Shown piece after piece: positions 33,752-47,514 of a DNA stretch of 64,000 nucleotides (positions within the stretch are counted from its first letter, which is position 1; each line of letters starts with the position of its first letter). The DNA comes from Macrostomum lignano (Eukaryota), in the NCBI GenBank assembly GCA_002269645.1, contig NIVC01001551.1:1-64000 (forward strand). The letters run 5' to 3'. The position numbers and the translations under genes are program-made. The notes under the pieces are model-generated. The model had not been told where the DNA came from, did not search any database, and saw only the letters and a list, made by a program, of their open reading frames with translations.

Positions 33752-34674
33752 ATTTAGTTAATAAGAAATTATAATAGACCCAACAGTCATAGATAGGATA
33801 GAAAAAAATAGAAAAAATATTTAAATCAAAAACATTTTAAGTAGTTTAATGAAAGCCTTGAAGTTTTTTAATTTAAGGTTTGTCTCTAAATAATATTTTA
33901 AGGTTTTAAACACTTTGGGATAAATTTATAAGGCAGTTGTTATCTGTCCAATTGAAAAGATATTAGGCTTAGGCCTAATATTTATACATTTTTAAAAATA
34001 TTTCTAGATTTTAAATAAAGGCTTTTTATATGTATCTATCTTGTTAGACACATAGATTCTATCTTGATTAATATGTTGTTATAGGTCAACTAGTGTATGT
34101 CTAGTCTATACTTAGTTTGACTAGGCCTACTTCCTATCTTTCTTAGGCCTATACTAATATCCCTTTATGCTATGTCCTTTTTATAAAGCAAAGCACAGGG
34201 AAGAAGCAAGGTTTGACAGTGTGATAAGGCATGAAAATCAAACTGAACATAGAACAATAAGAAATTTCAGTAATAATCATGCAGTCTATGTGCAAGTAAA
34301 ATTTTTAAGCAAGTTAAGCCTAATTGCATACTTAGTAACCCTGGTATGCTAGGCTTAGTATAGCAAAATATTATTAAATTAAGATAGGAAAAAGGTCTTA
34401 AAATCCAGAATATTAATAACCACTTAACTAATATTTTGAAGTAGAATATTTGTATAGGCCTATTTATTAGCAATTAAACTAGATGAATAACAAAATGGCT
34501 ATATTCTGGCCATACGCCAAATTAGGGCATAGCTAGACAAATAATGAGATAGCTATTTGTCTAGTAACTATATAAAAAACCACGTCACTATTTGTCTGGT
34601 CACCAGACAAATAACAATTGGGAATTGGTAATCTTTTCCAATGACATTATTTTATTATAAATAATCAATACTTA

Positions 34675-34950
34675 TAGTGGTTTAGGACCAAGACTGCCAG
34701 TGCCACACACCAAGACCGCCACACTTGGGAGCTAAGGGAGAAATTTGAATTTATGTGTTATTAGATGGTGCTAGAGAGGAGATAAGTGGGTAGGAGAGCC
34801 AGCAGCTATTTCTGGCACTTAGAGCCAGAAAAGAACCTATGAGAGGAATAGCAATGCTAGAAGATTGGTAGCTCCCCCTCAAAACCAGTAGCCAGTAATA
34901 GAAATAGCTGTGGTGGTCTTGGTGTGTGGCGGTCTTAGTCATGCGCCCTT
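34675..34950. mobile_element. Possible hAT-like MITE with ccaagacc subterminal motifs
   Basis: gccacacaccaagacc vs ggtcttggtgtgtggc inverted; termini unclear. Confidence 0.45.
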
Positions 34951-35693
34951 ATAGCTAGCTTTTAGTTAGGCCAGGCTTGCTAGTTTATTTGCTAACACTA
35001 AGAATAAGATGCAATAATATTATTCAAGGTCCAATTTTAGGATATGATTTGGAAAATCAAAATGCTATAGGGCCTAGGCCTAGGTCTAGCATCTCTGTGA
35101 TACAAAAACTGTAAACTGGTAGTGGTACTATTTCACTTTTAGAGAATGCAAAATATTCGCTATTTTTTAGGTTTTTAGATATGACATTAATATTTACCGT
35201 AAGAGTTACATACTTACATTTTAACTAACACTAAAAGATGCCAATTAGTTTCATTAAGCCTTTTTTAGGAAATTTTTGTAAACAATTGTGCCAAACGTTT
35301 AATCGAAAAAATTAAATTTTTCCACACTTAATTTTGTGCAAAAATTCATTTTCATGTATATTTAAAAAACTTCGGACTTTGCATCACTGAGTGTACTAAA
35401 AAGTTTACTTTTAAGTGTCACAATTAACAACAGCCAAGTTGATCCATGGAATTATACTTTTATACGAAATTCTGTTTGATCAATATTTTCTAAGAACTCA
35501 ATTATGCTTAAATATACGTTTTCACCTATTTTCTTTAACCGTGGTCTTCTTTAATAGCATTGCCTAGAAAAGAAGACGATAAATTATTTTAGGGCCTACT
35601 GGATTTTTTATTTTTTATCAAAGACATGCAGGGCAATAAACTATGCTTCTATGTAAAACTTTATGCTTATATTTTTAATATTCACAAAATTAT

Positions 35694-36531
35694 GGCATTC
35701 TTTCGGATGACGATCACCTGAAAAGTGACGATCACCAATGTAAAAGTTCTGGGTAATAGAAATTGAAAGTAAGAAAGCGAGTCAAACAAATTGTCCAGAA
35801 ATTAAAAAACCCAACATTGGGGCTATCAGTCGTGAATCGTGTATTTCGTAGGAACCGCCACGTGTATTCTGGATATTTCTGTCATGGACGTGTATATAAT
35901 CAGTTTCGGAATGCGATCATTTCAATGATACTTTTGAATACAAATGATCGTCTTCCGAAACTACAGCTTGGCAATTCTAGAAAAAAATTAGTGTCTCAAA
36001 TGAAGTGGCCCCATTGCACGGCTGCCTCCGCTTCAATGCTGTACATGGCGCGCAGTGAACTGTGGGTTATAATATGGATGCACCCCCCCCCCCTCAGTTT
36101 CGGAAGGCGATCATTCTTAATGTAATTTGTACATTGTAATGATCGTCAACCGAAAGTACATGGCTTACCTTTGCTGTACAAAGTGAGTGCTACTGAAATA
36201 TGAGAAAGAAAAGCTGTAGTTTCGGATCACGATCATTTGTATTCAAAAGTATCATTGAAATGATCACATTCCGAAACTGATTATATACACGTCCATGACA
36301 GAAATAATGCTACTGATGTTGCTGGTTTTAAATTGGAAAGTTTCTCTGTTTTTCTGTAGTTTCGGATCGCGATCCTTTCTATTCAAAACTTATATTGAAA
36401 TGATCGCCTTCCGAAACTAATTATATAGTTGCCATTTTACCATGATTTCTACAGCACAATATACCATTTTCATAGGTGATCGTTAACCGAAACTTGTAAG
36501 AAACGGAATGATCGTCATCCGAAAGAATGCC
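35694..36531. mobile_element. Non-autonomous DNA transposon, GG termini, 8-bp TSD (Merlin-like)
   Basis: TIR ggcattctttcggatgacgatca / tgatcgtcatccgaaagaatgcc; TSD aaaattat at 35686 and 36532; many cgatc..ttccgaaac subterminal motifs. Confidence 0.88.
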
Positions 36532-36923
36532 AAAATTATGACTTTTGCACTATATTTGATAGTGATAGGCCTAGGCCTAGGCCTACTGAAACTAGATCTA
36601 AAAACCTACTTTAAGATATAATATATCAAAAATGGCCAAATCACTTTTAGATCATATTCAATATAGGGGGCCTACTGTAAATATCACTGCTACAAACTGT
36701 ATGCCACTATTTAGGGCCTTATTTAGTACTTTTTTTATAATTAAATTGCTAATAATGTAAAACTTAGCAATTGTCACATGTCATATTTTATTTGTTAAAT
36801 TCTTTTGAATCTAGAAAATTTAAAATTTGTCTATGGACTACAAACTATTTTAAGTAAAAAAAACTACTTTTAAGGGACTTAGCCCTAAGTCTATATACTA
36901 ATTTTGCACTGTTTGTATGTCTG

Positions 36924-38406
36924 CCAGGATGGAATTTTTGTAAAAAAATCCTGGATGTGTTCCATGCGCGGTAACAAAAACTTGCATACTTGTGCGCACA
37001 TTTCTAGCAAACTTTTGCAACTTTAAAAAGCTTATGAGGTGGGGTGGAGAAGATTTAGCCTTTTTAATTGGTGGTTTGAATTGTTGGTCAACACCAGTGA
37101 GGTGGGGTGGATTTCTATGTCTGAATTTCTGCTGGCGTTGTCTCGGCACTCGTAAAGCCAGAAAATTGCACAAACTGCTGCGTTGAGTCCTCTCCTTGGA
37201 TACTCCGTCTGCCAGGGTTCCTCAATTCTGGGGGGAGGGTAGTCGTAATTGTAGTCAAGCGGTCTTGTAGTGGCTTGGGTTGTTCAGAATGGGTCCTCTG
37301 ACATTGTAAACTCGTAATTTGTTGAGATTGCTAGTTGTGTTACTTTCAGTAGTAAAGTAGCACTGCCACCACCGTAAATGTCGTTTTATGGAATGTTGAA
37401 GATCTTAGAGCTTTCTTTGAGTTGAGACTGATTGGTTATTTTATGCCCCGTGGGCAAAGAACTCAATATAAACTAGGCCCTAGAGGCTTCAATTAAGACC
37501 AACTGGATAGATATTAATATAAAACTTATTATTATTGTTCATTAGGCCTACTATTAGCAATCAGTTATTATCGTAGTCAATGATTAAGAAAAATTATTAC
37601 TTTCCACAAGGTTAATAAGCAATTGACAAGTTAGTTGACTAATAAATGGATTTAGGCAATAAAATGAATGTCGCACACTATTAAATTTGATGGGTGATTA
37701 CGAGACAGTGCCAAACAGGCGGTTAACTACAAATTCACAACTTAACTAAACAGAGGCGAGAGCAGGAAATAGTAGTAGTCAAAAGGAGGACAAAGAAGAA
37801 GAAGTAAACGCAATGATTTTTATACAAAATTGTTACATGGATCCAATTGGGGGAACACCAAGGGGAACACTGGGGGGGACACTGGTGGGAAAAAGGAGAC
37901 AAACCCTGGAAGGAACACAGCAAAACAAAGCGGGACCAAGGGAAGGGGCAACTATTGGACCAAAGGTGGGGGCAATGAGGGGAAAGTGCACAGTTCATCC
38001 GGGGGAGCAGAAATGATGTCAAATATTGTCCCACCGGGTGAAGGCGCTTCGCACGTTGCCAACCATTGCAGGAGCCCCAGTGGTAGACTGGCCTACCACA
38101 CTTACCTGTGCGCAGCTTAATGTTCTAAGAAATCTTGCATAATTTCATTTAAATTTTAGGTATTGCACTTATTACAGTAAAACAAAGTTATTTTAAATTT
38201 AAAATCAAAGCTATTGGGAACTACAATAAACTAAAAAATAATAATATTATCTATTAAGATTTATTTAAACTTTAATAAAACATCATAAAAAGTTGCTAAG
38301 AAATTCAAGTGGCAAAAAACTTGCACATTCACAGATAAAAAACTAGCGCAAAAAAATTGCACGCAACTTTTTGTTCCAAACTTGTCATGCAAAGATTCCA
38401 TCCTGG
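36924..38406. mobile_element. Non-autonomous hAT-like element
   Basis: TIR ccaggatggaat / attccatcctgg; perfect 8-bp TSD tatgtctg (36916, 38407). Confidence 0.85.
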
Positions 38407-38730
38407 TATGTCTGCTTGTTTGTTGTTGATTTTTTCAAGAACCATCTGGCCCATTTTTTTCAAGTTTGCTTTTAAAATGCCAGTTTTTAGCAAAAACAGT
38501 TACTTTAAAGTTTAGTGTAACTCTTATAATTTTTAAAGAATATTTTTTCTAAAAAATTATAGTGTTCAAGCTACTTTACATTTAAAGTACAACTTTCTAA
38601 TTTATGTTGGCAAACTAGAATTGAAAAACTAGAAATTTCATTTTTTAGCGTATGGGCCTGCCATGATCTGCATTATGACTTTTTTTACAGTTGGCATGCT
38701 CGCTTGCGCGCTGCTCCAAAAACGTGTGCA

Positions 38731-39516
38731 GGCTCATTCCATATAAGCATGGTCGTAACATGACAGGTTATTTTTACTTATAAAATGAAATCTAATAATA
38801 GAATATACTAAACCAATATTTTAAATGAAAGATTATTTTGTCTAGAATATATTTATAGAGTTTCATATAGATATCATCATTAGTATAGATGCTATTAAAC
38901 CTTAAATGACACTTATGGTCGTAACGACAGGATTTTTGACATATAGAAACTAAAAGGTAAAAGTCTTATAACATTTTTCATTTTTCATATTTTGCAATAC
39001 ATTTTTTAAATTTGACTAAGAACATCTTTAGAAATCATACTCTTTTATTAGAATATATAAACTCAAAAGGCAACAAAGATACAAAAGAAAAGGCAGCCTT
39101 ATGGTCGTAACATTATGGTCGTAACATATTTTTTTCTGTCAATTCAGTAACTTTGAGGTACTAATACATTAAAAATATAATAGATTATTTGGTCACCAAT
39201 GCTTTTATCTGATGATGCAAGTACTATACTTTTATCTATAGTTTGTTTCAACCTTCAAAAGCTTTCTATTTGTTTTTAAAAGGTACAAAATCTTAATGAT
39301 GTCTTTTGCTTCGAAAAATGTCCAAATTTTTACAAAAATGACTTTTTGCCAATTGATAACATACTAATCCAACATTTTACCATTCCTTTATTCTTAGATT
39401 GTATATATTGCACAATATAAACATTTGCTAAAAAAATAGGCTAATTAGGCAATGGCAAGCAAAAATATTGACTTTTTTCTATTTTCCAAATATGTCTATC
39501 TTATATGGAATGAGCC
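38731..39516. mobile_element. MITE with ggctcattccatataag TIRs
   Basis: Perfect 17-bp TIR; tgca on both flanks (TSD or TIR extension); internal atggtcgtaac repeats; lies upstream of another attccatcct end at about 39545. Confidence 0.78.
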
Positions 39517-42389
39517 TGCATGCATTTTCCTACCCCCGAGCAAGAATTCCATCCTAGGGAATCATCCATATTTTTTTTTAAATTCAAATAGGAAGTAGGT
39601 CACATATTAAAAAAACAATTTTTAATGCTTTCAGTGGGCACTCTATTTCTAAATTTAATTGTTTAGTTCAACCATTTATTTAGGCCTCTCCTGGCCAATT
39701 TACAATGTAGAATATAAATTCACAATTAAGCTAAGGAGTTTTATGACCCTTTATGTGGCGGGCTTTGGGCTTGTAATTTATAAGGTTGGTTAAATTTTAT
39801 TATTGTTGATAAAAGAGTAGATGCATAAGAAAGGGATTAAAAAGCTAGCTTGATTAAAATTTATCAATCCCCTAAATTGCTCTGATCTTGTTTGTCTTAT
39901 TTTATGAATACAACACTGGGTAGCACAGTTGCAGATAGGGGGCAGTAGATAATGGGCCCAATTGATTTAAATTCATTTGGCAAATTTGTATATAAAATTT
40001 GTACCAATTATGAGTAGGTCAAATATTTTAAAAACAAAGTTTTTGATGCTCTCTATAGTCTGGATCATGCTGGGTGCAGACCCAAACAAAAATCAAATAA
40101 TTATAAATGCATGCCAAAAAATTGAGTGCACACCCATTCTCTAAACTACAATGGTGTTGCAACAACAACAATAAATGACCTTTTTGTTATGACAATAAAA
40201 AACATTTTTTGAATTGCATAATAAAACTTTTTTGGCAAATAATTTGGTTTATTTTTCTGCTTTTTCTTTGATATTATTCATTGTTGAAAATTGATACATG
40301 CAAAGATTTGTTTAAATGCTTAATTACAAGCTTAAAAAATTGAATGCTTGAAATTTTCACTCAAAATGAACCTTTTGCATCTTTTTTTCTACTTCACAAT
40401 AACTCTTCCACGTGATTCTATGAAGTGCATGCCAACTGTGCATGCCTACTTTTGGCATACAAGGCCAATGCACGCCCAAATTTTTGGGCTTATACTACAT
40501 AATCCAGAGTATGGAATGCTCTCAATGTTTGAATTTTTTATTTGAATGCCCACCATAGGGGGCTTAGTGTTGTAGTGTGCTTTTATACTTAGCAACATTG
40601 AAAAGTCTATGGTCACCACTTTTTAGAGTGCAGGTGAAGCTTCTTCATCTTTGCAAATAATGCAACTTGCTACACTATGGTAGGCTTGAGTTAAGGAATG
40701 AAGTGAGGGGGGATGCAGTATGTGAGGGTTTTATTAGATGAATTAAAACTATCTAATCAGTTTTCTCGACTTCTTTTATATTTTATTTCAGAATAGTCCA
40801 AGAAAAATTCCTTACTGGTATATAGTGATAACTTTTCAATGTTGCTGAGCATATATAAAATTTCAAACAATGAAAAATAGATTTAGAAGAGGGTCAAATA
40901 CTCAAAAAACAATTTTTCCTGTTTTCAATGTTTGGATTTTGAATTCAATGCCCCCATGGAGTTTAATGTGCTACTAAGCACTAATTCTATACTATAAAAC
41001 TTGTTATAATAATAATATATCTGATGCTAGAAAGCTACTACTAGTCAGTCTATGGCCAAAATGTTTTTACTAGACAAACTCATTGACTACATCTATACAA
41101 GAAATTTCTGGGATATACTCAAGAAATTTGGTAGATAGTTGGTATACAAAAAGTGAATTTGGGCTTTTGGTATATATGTTAATATTTTGGTAGGGGGCTT
41201 ACATGACATGCATCAAAGATAAAAATAACACAATTATCAATAATAGTCCCAATAGTTGTCCATGTAGTATAATTATAATATTTGATAACTATATAATGCA
41301 AAAATAGATTTTTGTATTTTTAAAAGGTAAAAGACTAAGAAAGATTTTAAATTTTGACAAAAATCTATAAATTCTATTTTTTTTTATATATATATTTTGT
41401 ATTTTGGATATATACAGAGTCTTCTGAACTATGGCATATATGTCTAACTTTGAAATTTTATCTAGCTGTATGATTTACTTTCTATCTCTAAATATACTTA
41501 AAACTGACACGATGTATTTTTATATCTAAAGCTGAGTAGATTGATAAATTGACTAGCCGGGTTTAATGCATATCTCCTCTTCTTGGCTGCCAACTCAACT
41601 GTGAGACTTCTGAATTAATGCATAATTTTCCTATGCAACAAATAGGCTATTTCAAGTTAAAATTTTCAAAATTAAGTCTGAAAAAAGCAGAAAAACTTTT
41701 CTTAACCTTATTTGGCCCTTTTGTCTTTCTAGTAGGGGGTAGCAGTCTATTTATAAAAAAAACTAGCCTAACCTCTACCTGCGGGTTGCTGGGTATTAGA
41801 GAGGTAAATGAAATGTATTGTGCATTTAATGCAACTATTGCCCTACATTTTTAAGGTGAAATTAAATTTAATGATTCTCTTGAAACAAGTTGGCTTGGGC
41901 TTGGGCTGAGTATACAAGCAGTTATACAGTGTAAACATAGATAGGATTATGTTGAGATTCAATTGGTTTTATTATTGTACCTTTTAATAGGCAGCACTGT
42001 GTTAGCTAGGCAATGAAATTCAAAGAATAAACTTGCAAGCTTCTCAAGTAAGCAGACAGGAAATTAGGAAATTTCAAATGCTAATTGTTCCTCAGGTTTT
42101 AAACTTTCAGAGGAAAGACCTATATTGCTAGAAAGATCTTGCAATGCTGAGTTTGGGAATATAAGTTGTTTACTTTAAATATAAAAACAAAAAGCACAGC
42201 ATTCAAAAATATTTTCTATACTTTTAACTTTCTGCAAAGATTGTAGTCATTTTTGCAATAGGTCAAAGTCAGATCAAGTTGAGGGTTGCGTATGCACATT
42301 CAAGCTAGCTATCATTTAAGTAATTTCAGTAATGGAGAGGGTGGTGACAAATTTCAATTAGTTTTATTATTGGCACCTTCAGTCAGTCA

Positions 42390-42760
42390 GATAAGAGAAT
42401 TTAAAAGATAGAAAGGAGACAAGAGGAGAGATGATAGAAAAGAGAGTAGATATGAGAGAGGAAAGATTAAAGATGACAGAGGGGAGAGAAGAGAAGAAGA
42501 GAGAGGAGAGAGAAGATAGGAGACAGTAGAGAGGAGAAAAGAAAGATGAGAGATAAAAAAGGAAAGGTTAGAGAGAATATAAATATGAGACATGAGAGCA
42601 AAGAGAGAGATAGAAAAGAGAGGACAAGGTAGAAGAGAGAATAGATAAGAGAGTAAAGATGTGAGATAAGAGAGGTAAAAAGAAAAAGAGAGATAAGAGA
42701 GAACAGTACAAAGAAAAGAGACAAAATGAGATAGGAGAGAGGAGACAGGAGAGAGTCTTA
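42390..42760. repeat. GA-rich low-complexity tract
   Basis: Direct reading. Confidence 0.85.
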
Positions 42761-43439
42761 GTTGGAATAATGGTGGTCAATTTTAGCCAACAGGGAAAAC
42801 AAGATATGATATGTGAGATGTTTTATAGAAGATTTAAAGAGCATTTGGAGGATAGGATTTGGGTCATGAGATTCAGCCAATGGATTTCACTGAATGAACT
42901 TCTGGGAATGGGAGTTCTATCCCCTTACTTTGCCAAAGGAGGAGTTGACCTCATTATTAGTGTAGTTTTGGGTTATAAAGTGAACTAATCTATTTTATGT
43001 ATGCTCTGAATTTGAGTGTAATGTATGGGCTAGCATGATATATATGCTTTTTTATAAGCTAGTGTTAGCTTATCAAAATGGATTGCAGTTCACAAGTTCA
43101 CTGTCTATTATTAAAACTCTCAATTATTTGTGTAGACAATATGCCCTTTTTTTTTCTACCTGGCACTAGGCAATTTGCCCCTTCATCCTCTTTAGCCTAC
43201 ACTGTTTTGTAGGCTAAAACCTTTTTCTCTATAACAAAAATTTAATCTATACTCATTGCTACTACTAGCAAACACTATTTAAGACTGTTTACAAATTGTA
43301 ATTTGCAATTGCAAAAACACTGCTTCTTGCAAAAAATTATCAATGAGAAGTGGAGTGCTCTTTTGTTCTAAACTAAAATAAAAGTTGCCTTCTTCGCAGT
43401 GTACGAGTATATCTAAGAAACAAGGTTTCCATCAATTTT

Positions 43440-43600
43440 ATATTGAAGCGCATGCCTCCTTCATTAATGCGCAACCTTGGAATCACCTGGCTGTTTCTAT
43501 TGGTAACATCTACATTTAAGTCGCTATTGGATGAGAGCTGTCACGTGACTACTATTCTGTCCAATAGCAACTTTCATGTGTTGCCAATGAATCCCTAGGT
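43440..43600. promoter_or_regulatory. Candidate promoter with clustered CCAAT boxes and an E-box
   Basis: attgg 43499, attgg 43526, tcacgtga 43541, ccaat 43561 and about 43584, 120-200 bp before the ATG at 43705. Confidence 0.45.
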
Positions 43601-43704
43601 TACGCCCAAGCATGCTCTTCTTAATATTATGCACTGATTAGTAATGCAGTAAATCATAAATTAGAGCACAACACTCCGCTTGATGAATAGCAAAGCGCTC
43701 AAGA

Positions 43705-44445
43705 ATGCCAGTGAACAGGCGGTCAATTGCTGGTGCTGCAACACCGCAGAGACAGCAGCAGCAGCCATCAGCCCTAAGCAAGCATGCTGGCTCTCCAGCA
43801 CTGTTTAAACTGGCCACATCTCAGGCTGGTAGCGCCCGTCAGCGACTGCAACAAAATGCTCCTAGCACCAGCCATCATGCTGGCACTGAATCAAGTTTTC
43901 CAGCTTCATCGACTGCTCAGCGCCATCAGCAGCAGATGCAGCAGGCTATCCAGTCTCCCGGGGTTCGATTCTCGACCCCGGCTCCGCCTCAGCAGCAGCA
44001 GCAGAAACAGCAGCAGCAGTCCAGGCGAATCCCAGTCGCTAGAAAGTCCACCGACCTGCTGCGAATCCGCGATCCGGAGCTGCGCTGTTTGGCCATCATG
44101 AACTCGCCAATGATTGACTGCAGGCCCCGAGGCCGCCGGTCCTTGGCCGCCAGCGGCCGGCACAGCATCTGCTGCGTGCCCAATGCTAATAATAGTTTGC
44201 TTGCCGCCTCGCCTCAGCGACCGCCCAGGCTCACCCAGCCGGCCGCCGACGATGGCACTTCGCCGCAGGCGGTCTGGCGTACCCTGTTCTGCGACGTTGA
44301 AGAGGCCGACGAAGACGAGGAGGCCGCGCTTGTAGACCAGGCCCGAGAGAAGGCCAGAGAGTCTGAGGATGCCATTCGCAAATATCGAATGCTGCTGCAT
44401 CAGCAGTGGGAGCTGATTCGCTTTCTCATTGACGATTGGAAAGAG
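43705..44445 (+). CDS. HURP/DLGAP5/Mars-like GKAP-domain protein, exon 1
   Basis: MPVNRRSI..., Q/S/P-rich, ending YRMLLHQQWELIRFLIDDWKE|gtaatt, resembling the start of the GKAP helical domain (FR.LL..ETERL...C.EW). Confidence 0.7.
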
Positions 44446-44524
44446 GTAATTTTTATCGAGGATTGACTGATGGACAAAGCATTGGCATGCCCCCCATTGC
44501 ACAAAGCATTGGTGGCGACGCGCC

Positions 44525-44805
44525 TGCCCTTGATAATCTCCCCTTGTTTATCCCCTTGATAATCTCCCCTTGTTTATCCCCTTGATAATCTCCCCTTGTT
44601 TATCCCCTTGATAATCTCCCCTTGTTTATCCCCTTGATATTTTCCCCTTGTTTATCCCCTTGATAATCTTCCCTTGTTTATCCCCTTGATAATCTCCCCT
44701 TGTTTATCCCCTTGATAATCTTCCCTTGTTTATCCCCTTGATAATCTTCCCTTGTTTATCCCCTTGATAATCTCCCCTTGTTTATCCCCTTGATAATCTT
44801 CCCTT
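44525..44805. repeat. 26-bp intronic minisatellite (ccccttgataatctccccttgtttat)
   Basis: About 11 copies. Confidence 0.95.
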
Positions 44806-44858
44806 CTTTATCCTACCAATACCATCCCATTCCCTCCTCAACGCACTGTTATTCCCAG

Positions 44859-45197
44859 GTGTCAATCAGCGAGTCGGTGCCCCAGTCGCTGCTGTCCGAG
44901 CTGACTGGCGCCCTGGCCGCGGCCGGCCGCCTCATCCGGGACACCCTGCCGGCATTCGAGGCCAAACTGGTGCCGGCCGGTCAGCCGTCGCCCGCCCAGC
45001 TGCACGCCACCTGGTCAAATGTCGAAGCCGACATTGTCGATACTCGTCGCAGATTCGCCCAGCTGGAGGCCTGCAGACTCGGCGGCTGGCCACCCGCCGC
45101 TGCTGAAAGCGCCGCAGTCGACGAGCGCAGGCGGGTGTCTGGGCAGCAGCAGCAACAGCAGAGGCGTCTGACCCGCCGTAGCCTGCAGGTGGCCTGA
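44859..45197 (+). CDS. HURP/DLGAP5/Mars-like protein, exon 2
   Basis: ttcccag|VSISESVPQSLLSELTGALAAAGRLIRDTLPAFEAKL...QLHATWSNVEADIVDTRRRFAQLEACRLGGW, paralleling GKAP IP....IRTAVGQ.RLL...F.QF...DL.GFWDMV..QIEDV..KF..L..L...GW. Confidence 0.7.
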   Translation: MSISESVPQSLLSELTGALAAAGRLIRDTLPAFEAKLVPAGQPSPAQLHATWSNVEADIVDTRRRFAQLEACRLGGWPPAAAESAAVDERRRVSGQQQQQQRRLTRRSLQVA

Positions 45198-46261
45198 CGG
45201 ATTCGAGTAAGTGTTAGTAGCATGCGGGGAGTCTGACAACAATTTCTGTGTGTACATATATGCTATTTATACTATGTGCGTTTTTAATCCAAACCACAGA
45301 AACTAAAATAACCAATGGGCCACTCAGGCATATATACTTAGTAAAACAGCTTTCTACTTTCAGTTCAATAGCAAAGAAGAATGCGTAAGCTATTTTATAA
45401 AAATAAAGGCAGCTGAAATGACTTTGATAAGATTAGAAGCCCAAGCTTGCAGGCGTGAACAGCTTGCTAATTGGTTCAGCAATAATGTACATTAGCCAGT
45501 CCACTGAAATGTACATGGCAGCTTTAGGCTGGAATTCCGAGAAAGTCAATAAATATTGGGGCGGGGATAGTGTGGAAAGGCGCGGTTGGAGGGTTTAAGC
45601 TGGAGCGTAATAAATGAATGGGGTAATAAAAGAGCCAATAAATGAGCCTTGGCTTTAAAAATACCATAAAATGCTTCTGTTTAACTCACTACTGAACTGA
45701 AAGTAGCTTACACGCAAATGTGCTGAGTAACCCATCTAGTTAGTCTAGTATCTGTGATCCAAACTGATATTAATCAAAGCCACAAGTTCTGCATGCTCTC
45801 AGTTTTTATTATTATTAGTCTGTTTCTCTAATACTTACTTTTACAAAATAATTACTTTTTTTCAACAGCTTCTAAGGCATTGTAAGGCATTTTGTTTCAA
45901 CGCGGTGCTACTTCGTTTAACTTTATCGAAATTTGCAATTTTTTTAGTTCTATTACTACTAGTAGTTTGATAGTTGTATTCTACTGAAAATGCGTTTAAT
46001 TAGTTGAAACCCGTGCTCAATCTTACTTTATATTCGTCGCCTGTCTGACTCCGTAACTATATTGCAACTTACTCGACATATAGCTTCGAAAAAATGCATC
46101 CATAATCAATTAAAATGTTATTTTTCTATTGAACTCTTGAAAAAACGCAACTCGGTGCTATGCTATTTTCAAGTCTTACTTTTTTGTCTTTTGAAAAGCT
46201 TTGGTCCTTTTTCCTGAAGGGAATCTTTGAATCTCCTTTGGCACTGAAATTATTATAGGAT

Positions 46262-46590
46262 AAGGTGTCAGAGTCGCCACTCTGGGTGTCAGGCTCGCCA
46301 CTCTAGGGTGTCAGGATCGCCACTCTAGGGTGTCAGGATCGCCACTCTAGGGTGTCAGGATCACCACTCTGGGGTGTCAGGATCGCCATTCTGGGGTGTC
46401 AGGATCGCCACTCTGAGGTGTCAGGATCGCCACTCTAGGCTGTCAGGCTCGCCACTCTGTAGTGTCAGGCTCGCCACTCTGGGTTGTCAGGATCGCCACT
46501 AGAGTGTCAGGATCGCCACTCTAGAGTGTCAGGATCGCCACTAGAGTGTCAGGATCGCCACTCTGGGGTGTCAGGGTCGTCACTGTGGGG
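46262..46590. repeat. 23-bp minisatellite (gtgtcaggatcgccactctaggg)
   Basis: About 14 copies, intergenic. Confidence 0.93.
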
Positions 46591-47514
46591 TGCAGGGGTC
46601 GTAGCTCGAGAGTCCGGCGCGTAAACCCCTGCCCCCTTGAGTATAAACAAATGCTCACTAGTCGCAATCAAACGCTTTTGATCCGAAAGAGATTCACCGC
46701 ATGATCTAGCACACACGCTCGCTCACACAGAGTGTACAGCGGTCCGGGATTTTCGTCAGTCAGTCAGTCAGTGCACACACCCTGTGCCTACGGGTGGCTG
46801 GCCCTTTGTGGGCCACAAGTGCAAGGATTCGAGCCCATTGGGTGCAACTGCCATGAGCTAATACTGATTGGACCGCAGCGGAGGATACAGCTGTCGGGCA
46901 ACTCTCAGCCGTATAAAAATATGCCAAAACGTTTAGCAGCTTCTGCTTCTAGTAGCCCCCCCCCCCAGTCAACCTAAGCAAGCAAAGAATTTCGCTCAGT
47001 CTCTCTAATGAGCGCCTAAGGCTTTTTATTTTGGACCCAAAACAACTGCCCGGGATACAATCGGTGGAGCCTGCATGCTGAGAGTTTCGGTGGAAGGCCT
47101 GTTTCTGCTTGTCAGCCGGTTCGGTTCCCGCGTGTCTCTGCTGCCCCTTCACTTCCCAGTGTCCCGTCATCCCCATATATTTCTGCGCTATCCCGAACTG
47201 ACCGCTGCTGCCTGCTGCAGTCGCCCCCCTCCCCACGCCAGAGAAATATTCCCATTAATTATTATCGCCAAAAGTTGAAAGAGACAGCTGGAATCTTTTC
47301 TCAACGGATTGGTAAGCAAAAATACCAGTATTTATATTTATACCTGTCAAGCCCTTCGCCAATGGATTTTGTTGAAAATTGGAATAAAAGTGCATTGCGG
47401 CTTTAATATATTGGCAGTTTTGGATTGCACTCAGCTGACGCGTCACTCAGTCCCCTAAGAAATTTTGAGTAGAGATTTTCAATCACCGATCCTTCGATCG
47501 GTTCCCGACGGTGC

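Noticed and set aside
37130-38120. Coding-looking stretches inside the hAT-like element
   Set aside because: Frames close repeatedly and show no recognisable transposase motif.
46800-46870. tRNA-like A/B boxes on the minus strand
   Set aside because: Box spacing is too short and there is no cloverleaf.
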